Of a DNA stretch of 64,000 bases, positions 35,241 to 45,703 are shown piece by piece. The DNA is taken from NCBI GenBank assembly GCA_963805975.1, contig CAWDVR010000004.1, positions 448,001-512,000 of the forward strand, in the 5' to 3' direction. The DNA comes from an uncultured Acidobacteriota bacterium (lineage in GTDB: Bacteria; Acidobacteriota; Thermoanaerobaculia; Multivoradales; SZUA-115). The first letter of the stretch is position 1; each line of letters begins with the position of its first letter. Position numbers and translations under genes: made by a program. The notes under the pieces are model-generated. The model made no database searches and was not told where the DNA came from. It saw only the letters and a list, made by a program, of their open reading frames with translations.

Positions 35241-35435
35241 GTGCCGAAGCTGAAGACCCACAAGGGCACCAAGAAGCGCGTCAAGGTCACGGGCACCGGC
35301 AAGGTCATGCGCCACCACTCGATGACCAGCCACATCCTGACCAAGAAGAGCACCAAGCGGAAGCGCCACCTGCGCAAGCAGACCGAGGTCGCGGGCGCCT
35401 TCGCCGGCAACATCCTGCAGATGTTGCACATCTAG
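35241..35435 (+). CDS. rpmI: 50S ribosomal protein L35
   Basis: [22 protein letters not shown]...HILTKKS.KRKR.LR. Confidence 0.97.
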   Translation: MPKLKTHKGTKKRVKVTGTGKVMRHHSMTSHILTKKSTKRKRHLRKQTEVAGAFAGNILQMLHI

Positions 35436-35553
35436 CCCGGGCCCCTCCGGGCTCTACGCCCGGACCCCCGAGCCCGGCCGCCGGTGGGACGAACCTGTCC
35501 ACCGGGGCCGTAACGACGGCCCGCCCCGAGCGGGCAGAAACGAGGTTCTCGAG

Positions 35554-35919
35554 ATGCGCGTCAAACGCGGCAATAAGCGCACGGGCAAGCGCAAGAAGGT
35601 TCTCAAGCTGGCCAAAGGTTTCTACGGCCAGAAATCCAAGTCCTACCGCATCGCCAAACAGGCCGTCGACAAGGCGGGCGTCTACGCCTACCGCGACCGC
35701 AAGCAGAGAAAGCGCGTGTTCCGCAATCTGTGGATCGTGCGCATCAACGCTGCGGCCCGCGCCAACGGTATTTCCTACAGCCGGCTGATGGATGGCCTCC
35801 ACAAGGCGGGCTCTGTGCTCGACCGCAAGATCCTGGCCGATCTCGCCATCACCGATCCCGCGGGGTTTACCAGGTTGGCCGAGACCGCGAAGGGCGCGCT
35901 CGGCGCGGCGTCGGCGTAG
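35554..35919 (+). CDS. rplT: 50S ribosomal protein L20
   Basis: RVKRG, LAKGFYG, YAYRDRK.RKR.FR.LWI.RINAA. Confidence 0.97.
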   Translation: MRVKRGNKRTGKRKKVLKLAKGFYGQKSKSYRIAKQAVDKAGVYAYRDRKQRKRVFRNLWIVRINAAARANGISYSRLMDGLHKAGSVLDRKILADLAITDPAGFTRLAETAKGALGAASA

Positions 35920-35985
35920 GCTCCCTCATCGACCATTCGCGATTCCGCCGTCCGGCCGCTACGTCCGGAGATGGGAGGGTGAGCT

Positions 35986-37014
35986 GTGCATGACCTCACC
36001 GAGCTTGGCGGCCGTTTCGACCACGAAGCCGACGCTGTCTCCACCCGTGCCGGCTGGGAGGAGCTGCGGCTAGCCTGGACGGGCAAGAAGCAAGGCCTCC
36101 TGCGCGGACTGCTGGAACGGATGAAGGAGGTGCCGCCCGAGGGCCGGCGCGCCTACGGCCAGGAGGTCAACGGCCTCAAGGAACGCGTCGAGTCTCGCCT
36201 GGCGGCCCTCGACGAGTCCCTCGCCGCCGCCGAGCGGCAGGCCGCCTCGAAGAAGGCCCGGCTCGACGTCACCCTGCCTGGCCGCCGGCCTCTGCTCGGC
36301 AGCCTCCATCCCGTGACCCTCGTCACCCGCGAGATCGAGGAGATCTTCGCCGAGCTGGGCTACAGCGTGGCCGAGGGACCCGAGGTCGAGGACGACTACC
36401 ACAACTTCGAGGCCCTGAACTTCCCGCACGACCACCCGGCGCGGGACACCCAGGACACCTTCTTCGTCGAGGGCGGGCTGCTGCTGCGCACCCACACCTC
36501 GCCGGTGCAGGTCCGCACCATGCTGGAGCGGAGATCGCCGCCCATCCACATCATCTGCCCGGGCAAGGTCTACCGGAACGACAACGACCTGCGGCACTCG
36601 CCGATGTTCCACCAGGTGGAGTGCCTGGCGGTGGACGGGGGGATCACCATCGGGGACCTGAAGGGCACCATCCTCGCCTTCGTCCGGCGCCTCTTCTCGC
36701 CCTCGACCGGCGTGCGCCTGCGGCCGAGCTTCTTCCCCTTCACCGAGCCCTCGGCCGAGGTGGACATCACCTGCCCGTTCTGCCACGGCGGCGGCTGCCC
36801 GACCTGCTCCGGCACCGGCTGGATGGAGATCCTGGGCTCCGGCATGGTGGACCCGCGGGTGCTCGCCGGCTGCGGCATCGACCCCGACCGCTACTCGGGC
36901 TTCGCCTTCGGCCTGGGGGTGGACCGCGTGGCCATGATCCGCTACGGCATCCCCAACATCCGGCTGCTGTTCGACAACGACGAGCGCCTTCTCCGGCAGG
37001 TGGGTGGGCTATGA
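35986..37014 (+). CDS. pheS: Phenylalanyl-tRNA synthetase alpha subunit
   Basis: HPARDTQDTF, LRTHTSPVQ, FHQVE, FPFTEPSAE, GFAFGLG. Confidence 0.97.
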   Translation: MHDLTELGGRFDHEADAVSTRAGWEELRLAWTGKKQGLLRGLLERMKEVPPEGRRAYGQEVNGLKERVESRLAALDESLAAAERQAASKKARLDVTLPGRRPLLGSLHPVTLVTREIEEIFAELGYSVAEGPEVEDDYHNFEALNFPHDHPARDTQDTFFVEGGLLLRTHTSPVQVRTMLERRSPPIHIICPGKVYRNDNDLRHSPMFHQVECLAVDGGITIGDLKGTILAFVRRLFSPSTGVRLRPSFFPFTEPSAEVDITCPFCHGGGCPTCSGTGWMEILGSGMVDPRVLAGCGIDPDRYSGFAFGLGVDRVAMIRYGIPNIRLLFDNDERLLRQVGGL

Positions 37015-39083
37015 AATTTTCTCTGTCGTGGCTGCGCGACTATCTGCCGCTGCCGGAGGAGCCGGGCGAGGTGGCCTCGCGCCTGACGGCGGCAGGCCTC
37101 GCCGTCGAGCAGGTGGAGGAGGCCGGCGAAGACACGGTGCTCGACGTCGACGTCACCACCAATCGCGTCGACGCCATGAACCACCTCGGCCTGGCGCGCG
37201 AGCTGTCGGCGATCTTCGACCGGCCGCTCCGCCTGCCGGACGCCGCTCCCGCGGAGGCCGCGGAGCGGACCGAGAATGCGGTGAGCCTCGCGATCGAGGA
37301 CGCGGGCTGCCTGCGCTACGCGGCGCGGGTGGTGCGCGGCGTCAAGATCGGGCCGAGCCCGGAGTGGCTGCGCCTTCGGCTCGAGGCGATCGGCGCGCGC
37401 TCGATCAACAACGTGGTGGACGTCACCAACTACGTGCTCTGGGAGCTGGGCCAGCCGATCCATGCCTTCGACCTTTCTAAGGTCGGTGGCCGAAAGATCG
37501 TGGTGCGCTCCGCCCGAGCGGGCGAGAAGCTGGTGACGCTCGACGGCGTGGAGCGCGAGCTCGCTTCCGAGGACCTGGTGATTGCCGACCAGGCCGAGCC
37601 GCAGGGCCTGGCCGGCGTCATGGGCGGCCAGCCGAGTGAGGTCACAGAGGCCACGGTCGACGTGCTGATCGAGAGCGCGCACTTCGATCCCAAGGCCGTG
37701 CGCCGCGCGGCGCGGCGCCTCGGGATGCACACGGACGCCTCGCACCGCTTCGAGCGCGGCGCCGACCCCGAGATGTGTGCCTTCGCCGCCTCGCGAGCCG
37801 CTGTGCTGATCCGGCAGGTGGCCGGGGGAGAGGTGCTGGCCGGCGTGGCCGACGTGCGTCACGACGCTACGCGCCACTGGCGGCTCGATGGGCGTCTCGT
37901 CCAGGCGCGGCTCGACCGCTTCATCGGAGTGCAGGTGCCGCCGGCGGACGTCGAGCGCTGGCTCGCGCGCCTGGGCTTCGGGCTCGAGCGGGACGGAGCC
38001 GAAGCCTGGCGGGTGCAGGTCCCTTCCTGGCGCTGGTACGACTTCCAGCCTGCCCGTGAACCGGGCGAGTGCTACGAGTCCGATCTCTTCGAGGAGGTGG
38101 CGCGCCTCTTGGGGCTCGACGCCATCCCCGCCACTCTGCCCGCCACCCGCGGCGCGGATGCCCCGCCGTCGCCCGTGATTCTCCGGCGGCGGCAGGTGGC
38201 CCGGCACCTCGCCGCCTGCGGTTTCGCCGAGGCGGTCAACTACGCGTTCCACGATCCCGCGGAGGCCGCGATGCTGCCGAGCCTGAAGCCGGGCTCGCCG
38301 GCCGTGCGGCTCGCCAACCCGCTCTCGGAGCGCTACTCGGTGATGCGCCGCTCGCTCCTGCCGGGCCTCGTCCTGAGCGCCCGCTTCAACCAGCGCCGGG
38401 GAGCACCCGCCGTCCGCCTGTTCGAGATCGGCAGGGCCTTCTTCGGAAGAACAGAGCCGGGCCTGCCGGAAGAGATCGAGCTGGTGGGCTTGGTGGTCGG
38501 CGGTACGTGGGGCTCGCCCTGGCAGCGCTCGGTCGAGATCGACCTCTTCGACCTCAAGGGGGCCGTGGAGAGCGTGGCTGCCGGTTTCGGCGTGGAGATC
38601 GAGGCCCGTCCGGCGGTATTGCCGGGTCTGGTAGAGGGAGCGACGGCGGAGCTGCTCATCGACGGCGAGGTCGTGGGCTACCTGGGGCGGCTCGGGGAAG
38701 AGGAGGCCTACCCGCTGTTCGCCGCCGAGCTGGCTCTCGCGGCCCTGGGCGAAGGCGCGGCCGACCACCAGGTCGAGCCGCCGTCCCGTTTCCCCGGCGT
38801 GGCGGCAGACCTCACCCTGACCCACTCCCTGGCGGTGGCCTGGAGCGAGCTGGTGGTGACCATCGATGCCGAGAAGCCGCCGACCCTCCTCGCCTTCGAG
38901 CTCAAGGATCGCTACCAGGGCGCGGGCGTGCCGGAGGGGGCCGTCAACACCACGATCGCCTTCTCCTACGGCGCGAAAGATCGCTCCCTGACCCAGGAGG
39001 AAGTCAACGCCGCGCACCTGGGGCTCGCCTCGGAGCTCGAGTCGCGCTACGGTTGGGCTCGCGACGGAGGGATGGACCGATGA
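37011..39083 (+). CDS. pheT: Phenylalanyl-tRNA synthetase beta subunit (short form, 690 aa)
   Basis: ATG 37011 MKFSLSWLRDY, NRVD, INNVVDVTNY, SHRFERG, EEVAR, C-terminal anticodon-binding domain. Confidence 0.95.
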   Translation: MKFSLSWLRDYLPLPEEPGEVASRLTAAGLAVEQVEEAGEDTVLDVDVTTNRVDAMNHLGLARELSAIFDRPLRLPDAAPAEAAERTENAVSLAIEDAGCLRYAARVVRGVKIGPSPEWLRLRLEAIGARSINNVVDVTNYVLWELGQPIHAFDLSKVGGRKIVVRSARAGEKLVTLDGVERELASEDLVIADQAEPQGLAGVMGGQPSEVTEATVDVLIESAHFDPKAVRRAARRLGMHTDASHRFERGADPEMCAFAASRAAVLIRQVAGGEVLAGVADVRHDATRHWRLDGRLVQARLDRFIGVQVPPADVERWLARLGFGLERDGAEAWRVQVPSWRWYDFQPAREPGECYESDLFEEVARLLGLDAIPATLPATRGADAPPSPVILRRRQVARHLAACGFAEAVNYAFHDPAEAAMLPSLKPGSPAVRLANPLSERYSVMRRSLLPGLVLSARFNQRRGAPAVRLFEIGRAFFGRTEPGLPEEIELVGLVVGGTWGSPWQRSVEIDLFDLKGAVESVAAGFGVEIEARPAVLPGLVEGATAELLIDGEVVGYLGRLGEEEAYPLFAAELALAALGEGAADHQVEPPSRFPGVAADLTLTHSLAVAWSELVVTIDAEKPPTLLAFELKDRYQGAGVPEGAVNTTIAFSYGAKDRSLTQEEVNAAHLGLASELESRYGWARDGGMDR

Positions 39084-39340
39084 AGAAGGCGGAGAAGACG
39101 GAAGAAGGTTTGCTCGACGGTCTGGAACGGGCCGTGCACGCCGCGGCGGAAAGGATCCGGGTCCTCAATGCGGAGAACGCCCGGCTGGCCTCCCGCATCG
39201 AGGAGCTCGAGGGCGAGGCCGCCGCAGACAGCGGGGAGGCCGCGGCCTGGGCCGAGGAGCGCGACGACGTTCGGCGTCGGGTCGAAGCCTTGACCGAGAC
39301 GCTCGAGGGCCTGCTCGCGGACGGAGCGGCCGACGAATGA
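39080..39340 (+). CDS. zapB: ZapB-like coiled-coil cell division protein
   Basis: 86-aa coiled coil ending ERDDVRRRVEAL...L, between pheT and zapA. Confidence 0.65.
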   Translation: MKKAEKTEEGLLDGLERAVHAAAERIRVLNAENARLASRIEELEGEAAADSGEAAAWAEERDDVRRRVEALTETLEGLLADGAADE

Positions 39341-39419
39341 GGGTGTGCTATAGTCCGCCCGCGGTCAAACCCTTGGCAAGGCTCGACTTTCGCGGGGTTG
39401 CCGCCGCTTGGCTACGGGC

Positions 39420-39719
39420 ATGAGCACGAAAGGCTCGGGGGCGAAGGAAGTCGAGATCTTCGGCAACTTTTATCCCATCCGTGGCCACGCGGATCAGGAG
39501 TACCTCCAGGAGCTGGCGGCCGTCGTGGATCGCAAGATGCGCGAGGTCGCTCGGCAGGTGACCACGGTGGACACCACCCGCATCGCCATCCTGGCGGCGC
39601 TGAACCTGTCTGATGAACTTTTCCAGTGCCGAAGAGGCCAGGAAGGGGAACGGGTCAGATTCAAGGAGAAGGTCGCCGAGCTCGCGGTCGAGTTATCGGT
39701 AGCTCTGGACGAGAAGTGA
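39420..39719 (+). CDS. zapA: Cell division protein ZapA
   Basis: VEIFG..Y.I...LAAVVDRKM...AILAALNL.DEL. Confidence 0.9.
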   Translation: MSTKGSGAKEVEIFGNFYPIRGHADQEYLQELAAVVDRKMREVARQVTTVDTTRIAILAALNLSDELFQCRRGQEGERVRFKEKVAELAVELSVALDEK

Positions 39720-39762
39720 GCGAGGACGACCTTGACAACTCCATTGACGGATAGGGCGTTTG

Positions 39763-39947
39763 CATCCCCTGCGCGGTTAGTGATGGGTTATCCCATTGTA
39801 GAACCAACAGATACACCACGGGAGTCTTTTACCTGCGCGGCCTGTGCCAGCCCCGCTCCGACGGGGACGCTAACGGCTCGTAGAGCGGACACCCACTTGG
39901 CGCCTTAGGTTCTAAGCGCGGCGGCCCACACGGCTCCGCGGGGGATG
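39763..39947 (+). ncRNA. ssrS: 6S RNA
   Basis: Conserved zapA-6S-rny position, ~185 nt, ends pair (CATCCCCTGCG / CGCGGGGGATG), internal GAACC/GGTTC and GGGAGTC/GACACCC helices. Confidence 0.85.
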
Positions 39948-40023
39948 TTCTTCCACGCTTTTCTCCTCTGGAGAAAGGCCCCTACCACCCCGTTCTCCCT
40001 CCCGCCCGGAACGGGGGCTCTGC

Positions 40024-41592
40024 GTGAATTCCAATATTGCCTGGGTCGTGGTGATCCTGCTCGTGGTCGCCAGCCTGCTGCTGGTCTTTGTCTGGCGGCG
40101 CGCACAGCAGCGGGCCAAGGAGATCCTCGCCGACGCCGACAGCCGACGTCTGAAGGCTCTCGAAGAGGCGAACCGCCAAGGCGAGGCCATCGTCCGCGAG
40201 GCGGAGCTGGCGGCCAAGGAGAAGCTCTTCCAGGCGCGCACCGAGTTCGAGAAGGCCTCGAGCAAGCGCCGCAGCGAGCTCGAGACCGTCGAGCGTCGCC
40301 TGCAGCAGAAGGAAGACCTGCTGGACAAGCGCACCGACCAGATCACCCGGCGCGAGCAGGATCTGACCGGCCAGGAGAAGAGCCTGGTCGGCCGGGAGCG
40401 GAGCGTCGCCGACAAGGAGGCCGAGCTCGATGCGCTGGTGGCCGAAGAGCGCTCCAAGGTGGAGCAGATCGCCGGCCTGACTGCCCAGCAGGCGCGCGAG
40501 GAGCTGGTGCGGCTGATGGAGACCGAGGCGCGGATGGAAGCCGCCCACATGGTGAAGCGGCTCGACGACGAGGCCCGGGAGCAGGCCACCAAGCAGGCCC
40601 AGCGCATCATCGGCATGGCCATCCAGCGGGTGGCGTCCGACTACGTCTCCGAGACCACGGTGTCGGTGGTGATGCTGCCCAACGACGAGATGAAGGGCCG
40701 CATCATCGGCCGCGAGGGCCGGAACATCCGCACCCTCGAGATGGCGACCGGCGTCGACCTGATCGTCGACGACACCCCCGAGGCGGTGATCCTCTCCGGC
40801 TTCGACCCCTTCCGCCGCGAGATCGCCCGCGTCTCGCTCGAGCGCCTGATCGCCGACGGCCGCATCCACCCGGCGCGGATCGAGGAGATCGTCGAGAAGG
40901 TGAAGGCGGAGTTCGACGACCGGGTGCGCACCGAGGGTGAGGCGGCGCTGCTCGAGCTCAACATCGGCAACGTCGACCCCGAGCTGGTGCGGCTCCTGGG
41001 GCGCCTGCGCTTCCGCACCTCCTACGGCCAGAACGCGCTTCATCATTCCAAGGAGGTCGCCTTCCTGGCCGGCACCATGGCGGCCGAGCTCAAGGCCAAG
41101 GTCCACGTGGCCAAGCGGGCGGGGCTGTTCCACGACATCGGCAAGGCGATCGACCGCGAGATGGACGGCACCCACCTCGAGCTGGGCATCGACCTGCTGC
41201 GCAAGCACGGCGAGACCGAAGAGGTCATCCATGCCATGGCCTGCCACCACGGCGACTACGACCCGCAGACCGTCGAGGCCGTGCTGGTGACCGCCGCCGA
41301 CGCGCTCTCGGCCGCTCGCCCCGGCGCCCGCCGCGAGGTGCTCGAGACCTACGTCAAGCGCCTGGAGAAGCTCGAGGAGATCGCCGGCGGCTTCAAGGGC
41401 GTGCAGAAGACCTTCGCCATCCAGGCCGGCCGCGAGGTGCGGATCATCGTCGACAGCGGCAAGCTGGGGGACGAGCAGGCGATCTGGCTGTCGAAGGACA
41501 TCGCCAAGAAGATCGAGAGCGAGCTCACCTACCCCGGCCAGATCAAGGTCACCGTGATCCGCGAGACTCGCGCCGTCGAGTTCGCCCGATGA
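40024..41592 (+). CDS. rny: Ribonuclease Y
   Basis: N-terminal TM, coiled coil, KH domain ([13 protein letters not shown]), [17 protein letters not shown]. Confidence 0.96.
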   Translation: MNSNIAWVVVILLVVASLLLVFVWRRAQQRAKEILADADSRRLKALEEANRQGEAIVREAELAAKEKLFQARTEFEKASSKRRSELETVERRLQQKEDLLDKRTDQITRREQDLTGQEKSLVGRERSVADKEAELDALVAEERSKVEQIAGLTAQQAREELVRLMETEARMEAAHMVKRLDDEAREQATKQAQRIIGMAIQRVASDYVSETTVSVVMLPNDEMKGRIIGREGRNIRTLEMATGVDLIVDDTPEAVILSGFDPFRREIARVSLERLIADGRIHPARIEEIVEKVKAEFDDRVRTEGEAALLELNIGNVDPELVRLLGRLRFRTSYGQNALHHSKEVAFLAGTMAAELKAKVHVAKRAGLFHDIGKAIDREMDGTHLELGIDLLRKHGETEEVIHAMACHHGDYDPQTVEAVLVTAADALSAARPGARREVLETYVKRLEKLEEIAGGFKGVQKTFAIQAGREVRIIVDSGKLGDEQAIWLSKDIAKKIESELTYPGQIKVTVIRETRAVEFAR

Positions 41593-42371
41593 AGCTGCTG
41601 TTCGTGGGCGACGTGATCGCCAAGCCCGGCCGGCGGGCGCTCACCGCCCTGCTGCCGGGGCTGATCGATCGCCACCGAGTCGACTACGTGGTGGTCAACG
41701 TCGAGAACTCGGCCGGCGGCAGCGGTCCCACGCCCGAGATCTGGCAGGAGCTTGCCGAGCTGCCGATCGACTGTTTCACCTCCGGCAACCACATCTGGGA
41801 CAAGAAAGAGACGCTGCCCCTCCTGGAGCGCACGCCCAATCTCCTGCGCCCGGCCAACTACCCGGCCGGCAACCCCGGCAAGGGACTGCACGTGGGCGAG
41901 ACACCGGCCGGCATCAAGGTCGCGACCCTCAACCTCGAAGGCCGGGTCTTCATGAAGACCCTCGACTCGCCCTTCGAGGTGGCGGACCGCCTGCTCGCGA
42001 GCCTGCCCGGCGACGTCAAGGTGCGCTTCCTGGACTTCCACGCCGAGGCGACGAGCGAGAAGCAGGCCTTGGGTTTTTACCTGGACGGCCGGATCTCGGC
42101 CATGGTCGGCACCCACACTCACGTCCCGACCGCGGACGAGCGCATCCTGCCCAAGGGCACCGCTTTCCAGACCGACGCCGGCATGACCGGCCCCTACGAG
42201 TCGGTGATCGGCGTCCGCGCCGACCGGGTCATCGAGCGCTTCCTCCTCCAGACCGGCCAGCCCTTCGACACCGCCAAGAACGACGTCCGCTTAGCCGGCA
42301 CCCTCTTCGACATCGACGAGGCGACGGGCAGGGCGCGGGGGGTGGAACGGGTGCTGGTGGCGCATCTGTAG
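41589..42371 (+). CDS. ymdB: YmdB-family metallophosphoesterase
   Basis: [43 protein letters not shown]. Confidence 0.92.
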   Translation: MKLLFVGDVIAKPGRRALTALLPGLIDRHRVDYVVVNVENSAGGSGPTPEIWQELAELPIDCFTSGNHIWDKKETLPLLERTPNLLRPANYPAGNPGKGLHVGETPAGIKVATLNLEGRVFMKTLDSPFEVADRLLASLPGDVKVRFLDFHAEATSEKQALGFYLDGRISAMVGTHTHVPTADERILPKGTAFQTDAGMTGPYESVIGVRADRVIERFLLQTGQPFDTAKNDVRLAGTLFDIDEATGRARGVERVLVAHL

Positions 42372-42397
42372 AGCCAGGGCAGGAAACACCTCCGGGT

Positions 42398-42426
42398 GAC
42401 GTACAATGGCGAGGTTGGTGTACGTC
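42398..42426 (+). promoter_or_regulatory. Inverted repeat overlapping a TACAAT -10 box (probable TA operator)
   Basis: GACGTACA-N13-TGTACGTC. Confidence 0.55.
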
Positions 42427-42440
42427 TGCGGAGGCCCAGA

Positions 42441-42689
42441 ATGGCGGCAACAAAGCTCACCCTGAGGCTCGACGAGGATCTGGTGACCTCGGCCAAGGAC
42501 TATGCGCGGCGTTCGGGAAAGTCGGTTTCCCAACTGGTGGCAGCCTACTTCAGCGCCTTGCAGCACCTCGGAAACGAGGATGCCGGCAAGAGACTGACAC
42601 CGCTCGTCCGATCCCTCAAAGGGGCTTGGAAGGGCAGCCCCGTCGATGTCGAGGACTATCGTCGCCATCTGACGGAGAAGTACCGGTGA
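42441..42689 (+). CDS. Antitoxin (DUF6364-like RHH)
   Basis: TKLTLRLDEDLV..AKDYA...GKSVSQLV..YF...YRRHL.EKY. Confidence 0.8.
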   Translation: MAATKLTLRLDEDLVTSAKDYARRSGKSVSQLVAAYFSALQHLGNEDAGKRLTPLVRSLKGAWKGSPVDVEDYRRHLTEKYR

Positions 42690-43102
42690 AGGTTCTCTTC
42701 GACACCAACGTGATCTTGGACTTCCTGCTCGATCGAGAGCCCTTCGCCTCGGCCGCCGCGGATCTCTTCTCGGCTGTGGAGCGTCGCGTGCTCGCAGGCG
42801 TCCTGGGTGCCACCACCGTGACTACCCTGGCCTATCTGGCAGCGAAGGCGGTTGGGCACAAGCCGGCACGGCAACAGATAGCCGGGCTCCTGACCCTGTT
42901 CGAGATCGCTCCCGTCACGGGCGACGTCCTGCGCCGGGCCGTGGAGAGTCGCGTCCAGGACTTCGAGGATGCCGTGCTCTTAGAAGCCGCACGTAGCGTA
43001 GGCACCGACGCTGTCGTGACCCGCGACGCGGCCGACTTCCGCGCCGGCGGGCTTACCCTGTACGCCCCCGAGGAGCTGCTGCGGGCCCTGAGCGCAGGCT
43101 GA
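42686..43102 (+). CDS. PIN-domain toxin
   Basis: GTG start; VLFDTNVILD.LL.REPF, DFEDA, VTRD..DF. Confidence 0.85.
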   Translation: MKVLFDTNVILDFLLDREPFASAAADLFSAVERRVLAGVLGATTVTTLAYLAAKAVGHKPARQQIAGLLTLFEIAPVTGDVLRRAVESRVQDFEDAVLLEAARSVGTDAVVTRDAADFRAGGLTLYAPEELLRALSAG

Positions 43103-43121
43103 AACAAGCAGCAGGTCCGCG

Positions 43122-44798
43122 TCAGGGCTTCCTCATCACCACATACCCATCCCCCGGATCCTTCCCCCGCTCCACCTCCACCATCGGCAGGGGCTGCTCC
43201 AACCTCTCCAGATCATCCTTCTCGATGAACAGCCAACGCTTTCCAGGCTGAGCCACGAACGCGCGGAGCTCCTCCTCGTTCTGCGGCCAGACGGCGATGC
43301 GGCGGGTGTAGAAGAGGACGGGTGCGTCGAGGCGGGGATAGATGGCGTAGGGCTCGGCGGGTTCGCTGAGCTTCAGGTATTCCTCGACGACCGGCCGCGA
43401 CGACTTGAGGTCGTTGACGGAGGGAAGGGCGACGAGCACTAGGCCCACGGCGCAAAGGCCCATGCCCGCCGCTAGCGAGCCCGCGGCGCGAGAAACATCC
43501 CCCTTCCTCGCGAGGAAGAACGCTCCCAACGCGCCGGCCGCCGCCACGGCGAGCCACGCGGTAACGGCTTCCGGCAGCCAGGGAGGGAGGAGCGCCACCT
43601 CCTCGCGCCGCACGGCGACCGGGATCACGGCGGCCGTCAGCAGGACCAGCAGACCAGCCAGGAGGGAGAGGGGCACGGTGAGCCAGCGGCGCTCGCGGGG
43701 CCAGGTGGCGGCGAGCTGGTCCAGCGCCGCGCCCACGAGCAGCGCGAGGCCGGGGAACATGGTGAGGACGTAGACCGTGCGCTTGGCCGGGGAGATGGAG
43801 AAGAAGAGGACGGTGACCACCACCCAGCAGAGCGCGAAGCGGAAGCCGCGGCTCGCGGGACCCCGGTCCTCGCGCACGAACCGCCGCCAGCCGACGACCA
43901 GCGCCGTGGGCAGGAGGAAGGACCAGGGGAAGAAGTCCGCGGGCAGCACCGTCAGGTAGTAGTAGAAGGGCTGGTGGTGGTGCCAGGGATCGGCGTAGCG
44001 GGTCACGTTCTGTTTGAAGACGATCTGCTGGAGATAGTCCCCGCCCGCGGCGAGGCCGGCCGGCAGGAGCCAGGCGAGCACCACCGCTGCCCAAATCAAC
44101 AGGCCCCACCAGGGGCGCAGCCTGGCGAGCCCTGCCCGATCCCGCATCCAGGCGTAGTAGGCGAGCATGGCGAGGAGTGGCGGCAGCAGCCCCACGGGCC
44201 CCTTGGCCACGGTGGCGAACCCGGCCGCAACAAAGAACAGCAGATGGAAGCCGGGCCGGTTCTCGGTCTCTCCCCGCGCCCAGAACCAGACGCCGAGCGT
44301 CACCAGCGCCGTGAGCAGCATGTCGATCTGCCCGATCCGGCCCTGCCAGAGGATCTTGCCGCAGGTGGCGAAGGCGGCCACGGCGAGCCACGCCGCCCGG
44401 CGGCCGAAGAACCGCTCTCCCAGGAGGAACACGAGCAGCAGCGTGCCGATCGCCGCCAGCGCCGCCGGCAGCCGCGCCGAGACCTCGTTGATGCCACCCG
44501 TGACGAGCGAGGCCGCGCACATGGCCCAGAACTGGAGCGGCGGCTTCTGGGTGTAGACCTCGCCGTTCAGGTGCGGCACCAGGTACTGGCCGGAGGCGAG
44601 CATCTCGCGCGCCACCTCGGCGTAGCGGGGCTCGTCGGGGTTCCAGAGGTCGCGGGAGCCCAGGCCGGGGAGAAAGAGGGAAGCGCCCAGCAAAGCCACG
44701 AGCAGGAGAGCTGCACGCTGCGAGAGCTGGCCCCCTCTCCCGCTGCTTGCGGGAGAGGGCCGGGGTGAGGGCTCCGAGGTCACCGGGACGCCCCTCAC
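43122..44798 (-). CDS. ArnT/GT-C (PMT_2) family membrane glycosyltransferase
   Basis: LWNPDEPRYAEVAREM, KPPL..W, KGPVG, many TMs, FFSISPAKR..Y. Confidence 0.88.
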   Translation of the reverse strand: MRGVPVTSEPSPRPSPASSGRGGQLSQRAALLLVALLGASLFLPGLGSRDLWNPDEPRYAEVAREMLASGQYLVPHLNGEVYTQKPPLQFWAMCAASLVTGGINEVSARLPAALAAIGTLLLVFLLGERFFGRRAAWLAVAAFATCGKILWQGRIGQIDMLLTALVTLGVWFWARGETENRPGFHLLFFVAAGFATVAKGPVGLLPPLLAMLAYYAWMRDRAGLARLRPWWGLLIWAAVVLAWLLPAGLAAGGDYLQQIVFKQNVTRYADPWHHHQPFYYYLTVLPADFFPWSFLLPTALVVGWRRFVREDRGPASRGFRFALCWVVVTVLFFSISPAKRTVYVLTMFPGLALLVGAALDQLAATWPRERRWLTVPLSLLAGLLVLLTAAVIPVAVRREEVALLPPWLPEAVTAWLAVAAAGALGAFFLARKGDVSRAAGSLAAGMGLCAVGLVLVALPSVNDLKSSRPVVEEYLKLSEPAEPYAIYPRLDAPVLFYTRRIAVWPQNEEELRAFVAQPGKRWLFIEKDDLERLEQPLPMVEVERGKDPGDGYVVMRKP

Positions 44799-44830
44799 CC
44801 TAGCCCTCTCCCCCTTGCGGGGGCGAGGGG
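44731..44830. repeat. Inverted doublet of REP-like elements (CCCTCACCC-N-CCCTCTCCC-N-GGGAGAGGG type)
   Basis: Copies at 44731-44771 and 44792-44830 in opposite orientation. Confidence 0.75.
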
Positions 44831-45579
44831 ACCGGAATCTCCGGGAACACCAGCTCGGTTTCCAGCCGCCGATCGATCCAGCGCCGCTTCATCCACATCA
44901 CGGCCAGCAGGTCGGCCAGGGCGCGGAACAGCCGGTTGCCGATGCCGTACTTCGCCTGGCCGTAACGACGCGGGCGGTGGCTCACCGGGATCTCTACTAC
45001 CCGCGCGCCGGCAAACTGCACCAGGGCCGGCAGGAAGCGGTGCATGCCCTTGAAGAACGGCAGGCCGCGCAGCAGCTCGGCGCGATACGCCTTGAGCGAG
45101 CAGCCCACGTCGGTGATGCCGTCGCCGAGCGCCCGGCGGCGGACGCCGTTGGCCACCGTCGAGGAGGCGCGCCGCACGAAGGTGTCGCGGCGCCTCTGGC
45201 GCACGCCGGACACGGCGTCGCAGCCCTCGAGCGCCGCGAGCAGGCGCGGAATGTCTGCCGGGTCGTTCTGGAGATCGGAGTCGAGGGTCACCACCACGTC
45301 GCCCGCGGCGCGGCGAAAGCCCGCATCGAGCGCCGGCGACTGACCCTGGTTCTCGGCCAACCGCACCACACGGACCCGAGGGTCCGAGGCCCGGAGGCCG
45401 GCGAGGATGGCCGGGCTGCCATCCGTCGAGCCGTCGTCGACGTAGAGCACTTCGTACGGGTAACCGGTGGGCTCCAGAGCTTCACGGATCTCCCGCGCCA
45501 GGATGAGGAGACTGTCCTCCTCGTTGAACACCGGCACGACGATCGAAACCCCGATCGGAGCTTTGGCGGCGGGTGGCAC
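44800..45579 (-). CDS. GT2 polyprenol-phosphate glycosyltransferase (ArnC/DPM1-like)
   Basis: SIVVPVFNEE, VDDGSTD, NQGQS.A, TLDSDLQNDP, DVGCSLK, HRFLPAL. Confidence 0.9.
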   Translation of the reverse strand: MPPAAKAPIGVSIVVPVFNEEDSLLILAREIREALEPTGYPYEVLYVDDGSTDGSPAILAGLRASDPRVRVVRLAENQGQSPALDAGFRRAAGDVVVTLDSDLQNDPADIPRLLAALEGCDAVSGVRQRRRDTFVRRASSTVANGVRRRALGDGITDVGCSLKAYRAELLRGLPFFKGMHRFLPALVQFAGARVVEIPVSHRPRRYGQAKYGIGNRLFRALADLLAVMWMKRRWIDRRLETELVFPEIPVPSPPQGGEG

Positions 45580-45703
45580 GCGGCCTATTGTGGCAGAGGG
45601 CGGCGCGGTCTGCTCCGGCGCGGAGGCTTCCGCACTGTCGTCCAGGCGGGATAGTCTACCGGCTGATCTCTTCCCCCCTATTCCCACATTCTCCCAATTT
45701 CCC

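Noticed and set aside
36621-37010. N-terminal extension of pheT in the ORF track; likewise extensions of kdpE, CHAT (to 14880), SPFH (to 17878), GT2 (to 45957) and PagL (from 45467)
   Set aside because: They overlap neighbouring genes; homology and coupled starts lie downstream.
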